NCBI GenBank assembly: GCA_003220315.1
Contig: QHSA01000145.1
Coordinates: 1,087 to 65,086 of the forward strand
Direction of reading: 5' to 3'
Source: Candidatus Rokuibacteriota bacterium
GTDB lineage: Bacteria > Methylomirabilota > Methylomirabilia > Rokubacteriales > CSP1-6
DNA: 64,000 nt
This document shows, in pieces, positions 40,473 to 49,147 of this stretch (its first letter is position 1; each line of letters begins with the position of its first letter). The translations under genes were made by a program, and so were the position numbers. The notes beneath the pieces were generated by a model. The model saw nothing but the letters and a program-made list of their open reading frames with translations, was not told the origin of the DNA and searched no databases.

Positions 40473-41399
40473 ATGCCGGCGATGGCGGAGCTCACCAACG
40501 ACTTCTCCTGGTCGCGGAGCCGCGACAACGCCTTCCAGGAGTGCAAGCGCAGATACTACTATCACTATTACGGGGCGTGGGGAGGCTGGGACGCCGCGGC
40601 GCCCGAGGAAGTCCGACGGCTCTACGTCCTGAAGCAGCTCGCCTCCCGCCAGCAGTGGGCGGGGCGCGTCGTGCACGACGCGATCGAGATGGCCCTGCAC
40701 GCCTTCGCGCAGGGCCGGGACATCCCCGTCGAGCCCTTCATCGCCGACGTCATCGAGCGGATGCGGGGCGAGTGGCGCTCCTCGAGGGCGGGCCACTACC
40801 GAGACACTCCGAAGTCGACCGCGCTCTTCGAGCACGAGTACCGGGTCGAGCTCCAGCCGGAGGCGTGGCAGGCGCTCAGCCGCAACGTCGCCGTGTGCCT
40901 CCGGAACTTCTTCCACCTTCCGCTCACAGCCGAGATCCGCACGACGGTGCCCGAGCACTGGTCGATCGAGCACTGGTCGAAGGTCTTCGACTTCGAGGGC
41001 ACGGCCGTGTGGGTCGCGCCCGACTTCGGCTTCTGGACGCGCGACGGTCGCCTCGCCCTCGTCGACTGGAAGACGGGCGGTACCTCCCCGGACGGCGCGG
41101 CCTTCCAGCTGGGCTGCTACGCCCTGTACGCCCGCGACGTCCTCGGCGTCGAGCCCGCGCGTGTGGACCTCTTCGAGGCGAACCTCCGCGGGCCGGACGT
41201 GACGCGCATCCACTGGAGCGACGAGCGGCTCGAGGCGATCCGCGAGCAGCTCCGCCTCTCGATCCGGTCGATGAAAGCCTATCTCGTGGACCCGGAGGCG
41301 AACGTCGCGGTCGTCGCCGACTTCGAGAAGACCGAAGACCTGAGAATCTGTCGCTGGTGCAACTTCCGCGCGGTCTGCCGCCCCGAGCTCAACGCCTGA
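40473..41399 (+). CDS. PD-(D/E)XK nuclease family protein with Cas4/AddB-type 4-Cys Fe-S motif (standalone Cas4-like).
   Basis: N-terminal Cys, hhhDxK core (LALVDWKTG) and C-terminal C-x2-C-x5-C (CRWCNFRAVC). Confidence 0.7.
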   Translation: MPAMAELTNDFSWSRSRDNAFQECKRRYYYHYYGAWGGWDAAAPEEVRRLYVLKQLASRQQWAGRVVHDAIEMALHAFAQGRDIPVEPFIADVIERMRGEWRSSRAGHYRDTPKSTALFEHEYRVELQPEAWQALSRNVAVCLRNFFHLPLTAEIRTTVPEHWSIEHWSKVFDFEGTAVWVAPDFGFWTRDGRLALVDWKTGGTSPDGAAFQLGCYALYARDVLGVEPARVDLFEANLRGPDVTRIHWSDERLEAIREQLRLSIRSMKAYLVDPEANVAVVADFEKTEDLRICRWCNFRAVCRPELNA

Positions 41400-41415
41400 G
41401 GGGGAGGAGAGGGAC

Positions 41416-42207
41416 GTGAGAGAGAACACGCTGAGGACGATCTGGGCGCGGGGCGAAGCCGTCGTGAACGGCTGGCTGTCGATTCCGAGCGGGTTCTCGG
41501 CGGAGGTCATGGCCCACCAGGGCTTCGACTCGCTCACCGTGGACATGCAGCACGGCGTCGTCGACTACCAGGTGGCCGTGACGATGCTCCAGGCGATCTC
41601 GACGACACCCGTGATCCCGTTGGCGCGCGTGCCCTGGAACGATCCGGCGCGCCTCATGAAGATCCTCGACGCCGGCGTGTACGGCGTCATCTGCCCGATG
41701 ATCAACTCGCGCGCCCAGGCCGAGGCGCTCGTCGCCGCGTGCAAGTACGCGCCACGCGGCTACCGGAGCTGGGGCCCGGTGCGAGCGTCGATCTACGCAG
41801 GCGGCGACTACGGCGACCACGCCAACGACGACTTGATCGTCATGCCGATGGTCGAGACGGCCGAGGCCGTGAAGAACATCGACGAGATCCTGAGTGTGCC
41901 AGGGGTGGACGCGGTCTATGTCGGTCCGTCGGATCTCAGCCTGACGCTCGGCTGCAAGCCGCGCCTGGACCAGACCGATCCGCCCGTGGTGGAAGCCCAG
42001 CAGAGGATCGTCGAGGCGTGCAAGCGCCACGGCGTGGTCGCGGGCATCCACAACGCGACCGCGGCCTACGCGCTTCAGATGATCGCCGCGGGCTACCAGT
42101 TCGTCACGCTGGCCAGCGACAGCCGCTTCCTCGCCGCCAAGGCCGCCGAGGAGGTCGCCGCCGTGCGGAAGACCGGTGTCAGGGCTGGGAAGCTGCCGGC
42201 GTACTGA
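41416..42207 (+). CDS. HpcH/HpaI aldolase / citrate lyase beta-like family protein.
   Basis: TIM-barrel aldolase motifs (MINSRAQAEALVAACKYAPRGYRSWGP, VGPSDLS). Confidence 0.8.
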   Translation: MRENTLRTIWARGEAVVNGWLSIPSGFSAEVMAHQGFDSLTVDMQHGVVDYQVAVTMLQAISTTPVIPLARVPWNDPARLMKILDAGVYGVICPMINSRAQAEALVAACKYAPRGYRSWGPVRASIYAGGDYGDHANDDLIVMPMVETAEAVKNIDEILSVPGVDAVYVGPSDLSLTLGCKPRLDQTDPPVVEAQQRIVEACKRHGVVAGIHNATAAYALQMIAAGYQFVTLASDSRFLAAKAAEEVAAVRKTGVRAGKLPAY

Positions 42208-42210
42208 CGC

Positions 42211-42843
42211 GTGACGGATCCGCCGCCTCTTCGCCTCGACGACGCGTTGCGCGCGCGGGCGCGCGCCAACCTCGCCGCCTTCGAGCGGAGGTCGCTCGCG
42301 CGCGACGGCCGCCGCCCGGCGGCGGTCGCCCTCGTGCTGCTGGACGACGACGAGGGACGCGCGTGCTTCCTCCTGACCCGTCGCGCTGCATCGCTCCGCG
42401 CCCACGCGCGACAGTGGGCGCTGCCCGGAGGCCGGATCGACCCGGGCGAGAGCGCCGAGCGCGCGGCGCTCCGCGAGCTCCGGGAGGAGGTCGGGCTCGA
42501 GCGCGACGAGCCCACGGTCCTCGGGCTGCTCGACGACTACGGCACGCGCTCGGGCTTCATCATCACCCCCGTGGTCGTCTGGGGCGGTTCGGGCGCGGCG
42601 CTCGTCGCGAATCCCGCCGAGGTCGCGAGCGTCCATCGGGTGCCGCTCGCCGACCTCGATCGCCCCGACGTCCCGCGCCTGGTCACGATCCCCGAGAGCG
42701 ACCGGCCCGTCATCCAGGTGCCGCTGCTCTCCACGCTGGTGCACGCGCCGACGGCGGCCGTGCTCTATCAGGTGCGCGAGGTCGTCGTCCATGGCCGCCC
42801 GACCCGGGTCGCCCACTTCGAGCAGCCGGTCTGGGCCTGGTGA
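42211..42843 (+). CDS. NUDIX CoA pyrophosphatase (NudL-like).
   Basis: Nudix box (LPGGRIDPGESAERAALRELREEVGL) and N-terminal NudL-type region. Confidence 0.7.
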   Translation: MTDPPPLRLDDALRARARANLAAFERRSLARDGRRPAAVALVLLDDDEGRACFLLTRRAASLRAHARQWALPGGRIDPGESAERAALRELREEVGLERDEPTVLGLLDDYGTRSGFIITPVVVWGGSGAALVANPAEVASVHRVPLADLDRPDVPRLVTIPESDRPVIQVPLLSTLVHAPTAAVLYQVREVVVHGRPTRVAHFEQPVWAW

Positions 42844-43020
42844 TGAGGTGATGAGAGGAGGGCGGACTCACGGCGGCTGGACGCGACGGCGGGAGAAGAA
42901 CGGAGCCGGGTGGCACCTGGCTCAGGCCGATTCACGCAGGCTCGCCTCGCGCGTCGGACGCGCTGCGGCTTCGCACTCCCACGGAGTGCCGCGGCCCCGC
43001 GGCCCCCGCTACAATAGTCC

Positions 43021-43812
43021 GTGATGGGCAGACTCGACGGGCAGGTGGCGATCGTCACCGGAGGCGGCAGCGGCATCGGCCGCGAAACCGCCAGGCTGCT
43101 CGCAGCGGAGGGCGCGCACGTTGTCGTCGCCGGCCGGCGCAAGCCGCCGCTCAACGACGTGGTCGGCGAGATCCAGAAGGCGGGCGGCAAGGCGACCGCC
43201 CGGCAGGCGGACGTCTCGAGGCACGTGGAGGCTGGCGAGCTCGCCCACTGGACGCTCGCGACGCTCGGCCGGGTCGACGTCCTCGTCAACAACGCCGGCC
43301 ACTCGAGCAGGGCCCGTTCGATCCGCTGGGTGGACAAGGACGAGTGGGACGGCGTGCTGGACGTCAACTTGAACGGCGTCTACGCCCTGACCCAGGCCGT
43401 GCTCCCGAGCATGATCGAGCGCGGGGGCGGAACGATCGTCACCGTCTCGTCGGTCGCCGCGCTCCGGCCGGGGCTCATCGGCGGCGCGCCGTACGGCGCC
43501 GCCAAGGCCGCCGTGCGGAACCTCATGGGCCACGTCCACACGGTCCTTCGCGACAAGGGGATTCGTGCGACGACGGTCATGCCGGCTGAGGTGGACACTC
43601 CGATCCTCGAGAACCGGCCATTGCCGCCGGACGCGAAGGCGCGGGCGACGATGATGCAGGCGGAGGACGTGGCGCGCGCGGTCCTCCTGTGCGTCACGCT
43701 GCCGCCGCGCACGGTGATCGAGGAGATCGTCATGAGCCCGACGATCTCCCGCGACATGAGCGCGGACATCGCCGCGGCGAGCCGCGCGGGCGCACCGCCG
43801 GGCGCCCCGTAG
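43021..43812 (+). CDS. SDR family oxidoreductase.
   Basis: TGGGSGIG Rossmann motif, NNAG and YxxxK. Confidence 0.9.
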   Translation: MMGRLDGQVAIVTGGGSGIGRETARLLAAEGAHVVVAGRRKPPLNDVVGEIQKAGGKATARQADVSRHVEAGELAHWTLATLGRVDVLVNNAGHSSRARSIRWVDKDEWDGVLDVNLNGVYALTQAVLPSMIERGGGTIVTVSSVAALRPGLIGGAPYGAAKAAVRNLMGHVHTVLRDKGIRATTVMPAEVDTPILENRPLPPDAKARATMMQAEDVARAVLLCVTLPPRTVIEEIVMSPTISRDMSADIAAASRAGAPPGAP

Positions 43813-43822
43813 GAGGACGGTC

Positions 43823-44734
43823 ATGGCTGAGCCGGGATTTACGCTGATCGACGACGGTCAAGCGGTCGAGGTGGCCTACGGCGACGGCGTCGAGCGCGCC
43901 GGGCACGCGCAGCGCGCGGGGCGTCCCGTCGCGCTCGACCTCGACGAGCGCGCCGCGTACCTCGGCGTGCCCGCGAGCGCCCGCGCGGCCGCGCTCGCCT
44001 CGCTCGAGGCGCCGGACTTCACGCTGCCCGGTCTCGATGGGCGCCCGCACACGCTCTCGGCCCACCGCGGGACGAAGGTCCTCCTGGTCGCTTACGCGTC
44101 CTGGTGAGGGTGCCGTCTCGACCTGCCCGTGTGGCAGGCGATCCAGGAGGAGCTGCGGGGCTTCGGCTTCACCGTCGTCACCGTGGCGCTCGATCGGAGC
44201 CCCGAGGACGCCCGCCCCTGGATCGAGGCCGCCAAGCCGACGCACCCGTCCCTGATCGACACCCGCCACCTCGTCGCGGACCTCTACAACGTGGTCAACG
44301 TGCCGACGATCGTCTGGATCGACGCGCGCGGCCGGATCGTCCGTCCGAACGACGTGGCCTTCGGCACCGACACCTTCAAGCACATCACCGGGCTCGAGGC
44401 CGCGAAGCACCTCGGGGCGCTCCGGGCATGGGTGAGGGGGGAGGCGCAGCCGCTCGCGGAGGCTCGCACCCGGGCGCTCCAGTCCCTGCCCACCGAGACG
44501 GACCAGCGGGCGCGCGCCGAGTTCGGCCTGGGCCAGTGGCTCGTCGAACGCGGGCGCGCCGAGGCCGCCGCGCGTCACTTCGAGCGGGCGGGTGAGCTCG
44601 CCCCGCACGACTTCACCATCCGACGCGGCACGATGCCGATGCGCGGCATCGATCCGATGGGACCCACGTTCCGAGAGATGCTCGGCGCGTGGACCAAGGC
44701 GGGGAACCCGTACTACCGACCTCTTCCGGAGTAG
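43823..44734 (+). CDS. TlpA/ResA-like thioredoxin-fold redoxin with an in-frame TGA (44105..44107) at the catalytic Cys position; selenoprotein candidate, alternatively a disrupted gene. C-terminal ~100-aa helical extension.
   Basis: ORFs 43823..44107 and 44129..44734 are the same frame. Together they form one redoxin domain: APDFTLPGLDGRPHTLSAHRGTKVLLVAYASW-TGA-GCRLDLP ... VVTVALDRSPEDARPWIEAAK ... VPTIVWIDARGRIV. A hairpin follows 11 nt after the TGA. Confidence 0.55.
44118..44141 (+). ncRNA. Candidate bacterial SECIS-like hairpin (UCG-A-CCUGCC / loop CGUGU / GGCAGG-CGA) 11 nt downstream of the in-frame UGA.
   Basis: Stem of 9 bp with one bulged A and a G/U-containing apical loop, seen directly. 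Confidence 0.4.
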
Positions 44735-44737
44735 ACC

Positions 44738-45730
44738 ATGGGCATGCTGGATGGCAAGGCGGCGCTGGTGACGGGCGCCGGACGCGGGATCGGCCGGGGA
44801 ATCGCGATCGCCCTCGCCAGGGCGGGGGCGAGGGTCGTCGTCAACGATCTCGGCGCGAGCCTGGCGGGCGAGGGCGGCGACACGCGTCCGGCCGCACAGG
44901 CGGTGGACGAGATCGTCAAGGCCGGCGGCACGGCGGCGCCGAACTTCGGCTCGGTCGCGGACTTCGCCGAGGCGACCGCGATGGTCGAGCAGGTGATCCG
45001 CACCTACGGTCGGATCGACATTCTCGTGCACGTGGCCGGGATCCTGCGCGACCGGATGATCTTCAACATGGCCGAGGGCGAGTGGGACGCGGTGATCGCG
45101 GTCCATTTGACGGGTATGTTCAACACGGTGCGGGCGGCCGCGGTCGCCATGCGCGAGGCGCGGGGCGGCCGGATCATCAGCATGTCGTCGGTCTCCGCGC
45201 TCGGCGCGCCGGGCCAGCCGAACTACGCCGCGGCGAAGGCCGGGATCCTCGGCCTCACGTGGTCCACCGCCAACGCGCTCGCGAAATACGGCGTGACCGC
45301 GAACGCGATCTTCCCGAGCGGCGCCACTCGCATGATCGACTCCACGCCGCGCGGTCGCGAGGTCTTCGCCGAGACCGGCAAGTGGCCGAGCGAGCTGGCC
45401 GCCGGGACCGAGCGCGACCCCGACAACGTCGCGCCCCTCGTCGTCTACCTGGCGAGTGACGGCGCCCGGCACGTCAACGGGCAGGTGTTCCACTCCTTCG
45501 GTTACGGCTACACGCTGCTCGCGCAGCCGCAGGCGGTGCGCCGGCTCGAGGCCGACCGGCGTCTCACGCCGGACGAGGTGGCGACGCTCTTTCCATCGAC
45601 GCTCGGCAGAGGCCTCAAGCCGCCGCCGGGCACGCTCTTCGGCAAGACCCTCCAGGAGCGTCCCGCCGGAGAATGGAAAGACCTCGGGGACGGTGCGCGG
45701 TTCTGGCAGTCGCCGTGGGAGGAGCCGTGA
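44738..45730 (+). CDS. SDR family oxidoreductase with C-terminal extension.
   Basis: TGAGRGIG Rossmann motif and the S-Y-K catalytic pattern (YAAAK). Confidence 0.85.
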   Translation: MGMLDGKAALVTGAGRGIGRGIAIALARAGARVVVNDLGASLAGEGGDTRPAAQAVDEIVKAGGTAAPNFGSVADFAEATAMVEQVIRTYGRIDILVHVAGILRDRMIFNMAEGEWDAVIAVHLTGMFNTVRAAAVAMREARGGRIISMSSVSALGAPGQPNYAAAKAGILGLTWSTANALAKYGVTANAIFPSGATRMIDSTPRGREVFAETGKWPSELAAGTERDPDNVAPLVVYLASDGARHVNGQVFHSFGYGYTLLAQPQAVRRLEADRRLTPDEVATLFPSTLGRGLKPPPGTLFGKTLQERPAGEWKDLGDGARFWQSPWEEP

Positions 45731-46215
45731 AGACGGTCCTCTTCGTCTGCCATGCCAACACGTGCCGGAGCGTGATGGCCCAGGTGCTGCTCGAGAAGAT
45801 GCTGGCGGAGCGGAACGGCCGTGCCCGCGTCCGGGTCCGGTCGGGCGGCGTCGGCCACACTGCGCGCGACGGCATGATCCCTTCTCTCGACGCCCGTCTT
45901 CTGCTCCGCGAGGACGGGATCCACCTCACGGAGACGGCGATCCTCTCCACGGATCTCCGCCGGCACCCGGAGGTCGTCGCCGCCGCCGACCTGATCCTGA
46001 CGATGACGGCGCGGCAGAAGCTCGAGCTGGCCGCCCTCCCCGAGTCGGACGGGCGGCCGGTGTTCACGCTCAAGGAGTTCGTGGGCGAGGACGGGGACAT
46101 CGCGGACCCGGTGGGCCAGGACGAGGACACGCACCGCGCCTGCCGCGACGAGATCAAGCGCTGCCTGGAGCTGTCGCTCGACCGGCTGCTCGTGACCATA
46201 GCCTTGGACCGATGA
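45727..46215 (+). CDS. Low-molecular-weight protein tyrosine phosphatase family (LMW-PTP/ArsC-like).
   Basis: CX5R P-loop (VCHANTCRS) and DP motif. GTGA overlap with the upstream stop. Confidence 0.7.
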   Translation: MKTVLFVCHANTCRSVMAQVLLEKMLAERNGRARVRVRSGGVGHTARDGMIPSLDARLLLREDGIHLTETAILSTDLRRHPEVVAAADLILTMTARQKLELAALPESDGRPVFTLKEFVGEDGDIADPVGQDEDTHRACRDEIKRCLELSLDRLLVTIALDR

Positions 46216-47186
46216 CGCGACTTCGCGCCGTCGCTCTCGTGATCGTGGTCCTGGTCCTGGTGGCGTTGCTCCCGCCGGGCGCCGCGCCCCAGACGGCGAA
46301 GCGGTACCGTATCGGCGTCCTCAACACGGCGCTCGCCGCGAACTCTCCGATGGTCGAAGGGCTACGGGCGGGGCTCAAACAGCTCGGACTTCAGGAGGGC
46401 GACGTGAGCCTCGACGTCCGCTTCACGCGAGGCGACGTCATCGCCCTGTCGACGGCGGCGGAGGAGCTCGCGAAGGCGCCGGTGGACCTCATCTTCGCCA
46501 ACGGCGACGTCGCCGCGCGGGCCGCGAAGGGCGCCACGTCGACGATCCCGATCGTCTTCACGGTCGTGCCCGACCCGGTCGCCGCGGGCCTCGTCAAGGA
46601 CCTCGCGAAGCCCGACGGCAACCTCACCGGCGTGTCGAGCCTCACGACCGAGCTGGTGCCCAAGCGGATCGAGATCCTCAAAGCGCTGGCGCCGCGCGTG
46701 GGCCGTGTGCTGTCCATCTACCACCCCGATGATGCCGCGTCCCGGGCCGCCGCGGAGAAGGCGCAGGCCGTGGCGCCCCGGTTCAGGGTCGCCGTGCTGG
46801 ACCGCGCGGCGCGCAACCCTGGAGACGTTGAGCGCGCCATGAAGGAGCTCCGCCCCGGCGACGGTCTCCTGCCGCCGGACCTCAGCTCGCTCGCGATCCC
46901 GGGGCGAATGCTCGAGCTGTCGCTCGCGCAGAAGGTCCCCGCCGTCTTCACGGCGGCGCTCTGGATCCAACAGGGCGCGCTCGCCGCCTACGGCTCGGAC
47001 CCCTACGCGGAGGGGATCCAGGCCGCCGGGCTCGTCGCCAAGATCCTCAAGGGCGCCAAGCCCCAGGAGCTGCCGGTCGAGGGGGCCGGGAAGCTCGTCC
47101 TCGCGATCAACAGGGGGACCGCGGCCGCACTGGGCCTCCGGGTCCCCGACGAGCTCCTCAATCGCGCGGACCGCGTCGTCGAGTGA
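46212..47186 (+). CDS. ABC transporter substrate-binding protein (ABC_sub_bind/DUF534-like), signal peptide.
   Basis: Periplasmic binding fold with hydrophobic N-terminus. ATGA overlap with the upstream gene. Confidence 0.65.
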   Translation: MTRLRAVALVIVVLVLVALLPPGAAPQTAKRYRIGVLNTALAANSPMVEGLRAGLKQLGLQEGDVSLDVRFTRGDVIALSTAAEELAKAPVDLIFANGDVAARAAKGATSTIPIVFTVVPDPVAAGLVKDLAKPDGNLTGVSSLTTELVPKRIEILKALAPRVGRVLSIYHPDDAASRAAAEKAQAVAPRFRVAVLDRAARNPGDVERAMKELRPGDGLLPPDLSSLAIPGRMLELSLAQKVPAVFTAALWIQQGALAAYGSDPYAEGIQAAGLVAKILKGAKPQELPVEGAGKLVLAINRGTAAALGLRVPDELLNRADRVVE

Positions 47187-47322
47187 CGCGGTGAGTGGCG
47201 GCCCTCCTCAGCGTCCAGCGGGAGAAGGCCCTGGCGGCCGGCGCGAAGATCGAGCAGTTCACCTCGGTCCCGGAGGCCGGGAGCAGCTCTCGCCTCGCCT
47301 GAACGAAGAAGGAGCTGAGGGC

Positions 47323-48321
47323 ATGAACCGACGCGAGTTCCTGCACGCGACAGCGCTCGGCGGAACGGCTGCGTTCCTCGGGGCTCGACCCGATCCCGCG
47401 ACGGCGGAGGTGCCCCTGGAGACGACCGGGATCAGGCTTGTGCAGATCCCGGGCATCTGTGTCGCGCCGCAGTACGTCGCCGAGGAGCTGCTGAAGGCCG
47501 AGGGTTTCGCCGACGTAGGGTACGTCCAGAAGCCAGGAGCGGAGGGGATCTACAAGGCCCTCGGCTCGGGCGAGGCCCAGATCAGCATGGCCTTCGCTCC
47601 CCCGTTCATCATCCAGGTCGACGCGGGGGAGCCGATCGTCCTTCTGGCCGGGGTTCACATCGGATGCTACGAGCTGTTTGGGACGGACCGCGTGCGGACA
47701 ATCCGTGACCTCAAGGGGAAGGCCGTGGCCGTGCCCGCCCTGGGCTCGCCCCACCACACGTTCGTCGCCACCATGGGAGCGTACGTCGGGCTTGATCCCG
47801 GGAAGGACATCAACTTCATCGTCCACCCGCCCGCCGAGGCGATGCGACTCCTGGCCGAAGGCAAGCTCGACGCTCTGATAGGCTTCCCGCCGGTCCCGCA
47901 GGAGATGCGGGCGAGGAGGATCGGCCACGTCGTCGTTAACAGTGCGGTGGACCGCCCCTGGTCTCAGTACTTCTGCTGCATCGTGGCGGGGAACCGCGAG
48001 TTCGTTCGCAGGAACCCGGTTGCGACGAAGCGGGCGCTCCGCGCGATCTTGAAAGCGTCGAATGTCTGCGCCACGGAGCCGGCGCGCGCAGCCCGGCTCC
48101 TCGTGGACAAGGGCTTCGCCAAGGTTTACGACTATGCGCTCCAGACGATGAAGGAGCTGCCCTACGCGAAGTGGCGCGACTATAACCCGGAGGACTCTGT
48201 TCGTTTCTATGCCCTCCGCCTTCACGAGGCCGGGATGATCAAGTCCAGTCCCCAGAAGGTCATCGCCCAGGGCACCGACTGGCGCTTCCTCAACGAGCTC
48301 CGAAAGGAGTTGAAGGGATGA
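47323..48321 (+). CDS. NitT/TauT-family (NMT1-like) ABC substrate-binding protein with TAT signal, array paralog 1.
   Basis: RREFLH twin-arginine motif. Near-identical to the three downstream paralogs (e.g. VDRPWSQYFCCIVAGNREFV). Confidence 0.8.
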   Translation: MNRREFLHATALGGTAAFLGARPDPATAEVPLETTGIRLVQIPGICVAPQYVAEELLKAEGFADVGYVQKPGAEGIYKALGSGEAQISMAFAPPFIIQVDAGEPIVLLAGVHIGCYELFGTDRVRTIRDLKGKAVAVPALGSPHHTFVATMGAYVGLDPGKDINFIVHPPAEAMRLLAEGKLDALIGFPPVPQEMRARRIGHVVVNSAVDRPWSQYFCCIVAGNREFVRRNPVATKRALRAILKASNVCATEPARAARLLVDKGFAKVYDYALQTMKELPYAKWRDYNPEDSVRFYALRLHEAGMIKSSPQKVIAQGTDWRFLNELRKELKG

Positions 48322-48542
48322 TCCGCGCTGTGCTGGACCTGTCCGCGCTCGAGGTCGTTCACCCCCGGGTGGCGATTGCCCTTCGCACGAAGTCGGGGTC
48401 CGAGCGACTGCGGCTCGCCCACGAGAGCTGGGAACTGGCGAGAGAGCGGGTGAGTGCCTTCTTCGCGGCAACGCACGCGGACTGGGACGCAGCACGTGTC
48501 GCCCGTGAGGTGGCGCGGAGGCTCCTGGGTGACTCAGGCTGA
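48318..48542 (+). CDS. Small hypothetical protein (74 aa), ATGA-coupled to SBP paralog 1; a degenerate second copy lies at 52142..52230.
   Basis: ORF overlaps the downstream NTase-fold gene start by 14 nt. A truncated duplicate elsewhere in the array argues it is part of a mobile/duplicated unit. Confidence 0.35.
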   Translation: MIRAVLDLSALEVVHPRVAIALRTKSGSERLRLAHESWELARERVSAFFAATHADWDAARVAREVARRLLGDSG

Positions 48543-49095
48543 GCTCCTGCGCTACGTTGTGGAGACGCTGGAGGAACAAGAGATTCCGTATATGATCGGC
48601 GGGTCGCAGGCGGCCGTGTACTACGGCGAGCCGAGATTCACCCGGGACGTCGATGTCGTGGCCGGCCTCGGGCCGGCACAGATTCATGCGCTGCTCGCCC
48701 GGTTTCCCGCGCCGGACTTCTATGTGAGCGGCGAGGCAGCACGCGAGGCTGTCGAAACCCGCGGACAATTCAACATCATCCATCCTGCGTCGGGCCTCAA
48801 GATCGACATCTTCGTCAACAGGGACACGCCCTACGATCGCTTACGGCTCGAGCGTCGCCGACGCCTGCCGCTGGTTCCAGGACGGGACGCGTGGTTCGCG
48901 CGCGCCGAGGACGTGATCCTATACAAGCTGATCTACTACCGGGACGGTCAGTCCGAGCTACATCTTCGAGACGTCATCGGGATCCTGCGGGTCTCGGGGG
49001 ATGAGGTCGATTCGCGCTACATCACCGAGTGGGCCGAGCGCCTCGGGCTCGGCTCCCTCTGGGACGCAGTGCTCAAGCGAGCCGGGCACGAATGA
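48529..49095 (+). CDS. Nucleotidyltransferase-fold protein (GS-x11-RDVDVV motif).
   Basis: hG[GS]x9-13Dh[DE]h polymerase-beta-like NTase signature in IGGSQAAVYYGEPRFTRDVDVV. GTG start overlapping the small upstream ORF. Confidence 0.5.
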   Translation: MTQAELLRYVVETLEEQEIPYMIGGSQAAVYYGEPRFTRDVDVVAGLGPAQIHALLARFPAPDFYVSGEAAREAVETRGQFNIIHPASGLKIDIFVNRDTPYDRLRLERRRRLPLVPGRDAWFARAEDVILYKLIYYRDGQSELHLRDVIGILRVSGDEVDSRYITEWAERLGLGSLWDAVLKRAGHE

Positions 49096-49110
49096 TGCGG
49101 GAGCCCAGCA

Positions 49111-49147
49111 GGTCGTTGTGGGACGAGCTGAAGAAGGAGCCGAAGCG
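49111..49147 (+). pseudogene. Remnant 3' end of an SBP paralog (…WDELKKEPKR*) fused to the start of SBP paralog 2; recombination scar.
   Basis: gtcgttgtgggacgagctgaagaaggagccgaagcgATGa mirrors the cgcttcctcaacgagctgaagaaggagctgaagggATGa junctions. Confidence 0.45.

Noticed and set aside
39475-40473. 332-aa minus-strand ORF covering the glcG-like gene.
   Set aside because: Antisense to glcG including the tandem repeat. Only the last 98 codons (zinc-ribbon-like) are retained, and even those at low confidence.
27100-43025. Shared motif CCCCGCTACAAYAGYCCG at about 27104 (inside the 65-aa ORF) and about 43002 (just upstream of the SDR start).
   Set aside because: Only two occurrences, one within coding sequence. 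Likely chance or a weak repeat. Not enough to call an element.
43823-44734. Annotating the redoxin as two separate genes (43823..44107 and 44129..44734).
   Set aside because: Same reading frame, single thioredoxin-fold domain split exactly at the active site, and no Shine-Dalgarno or start context for the second piece. Treated as one gene with an in-frame UGA (Sec candidate or disruption).
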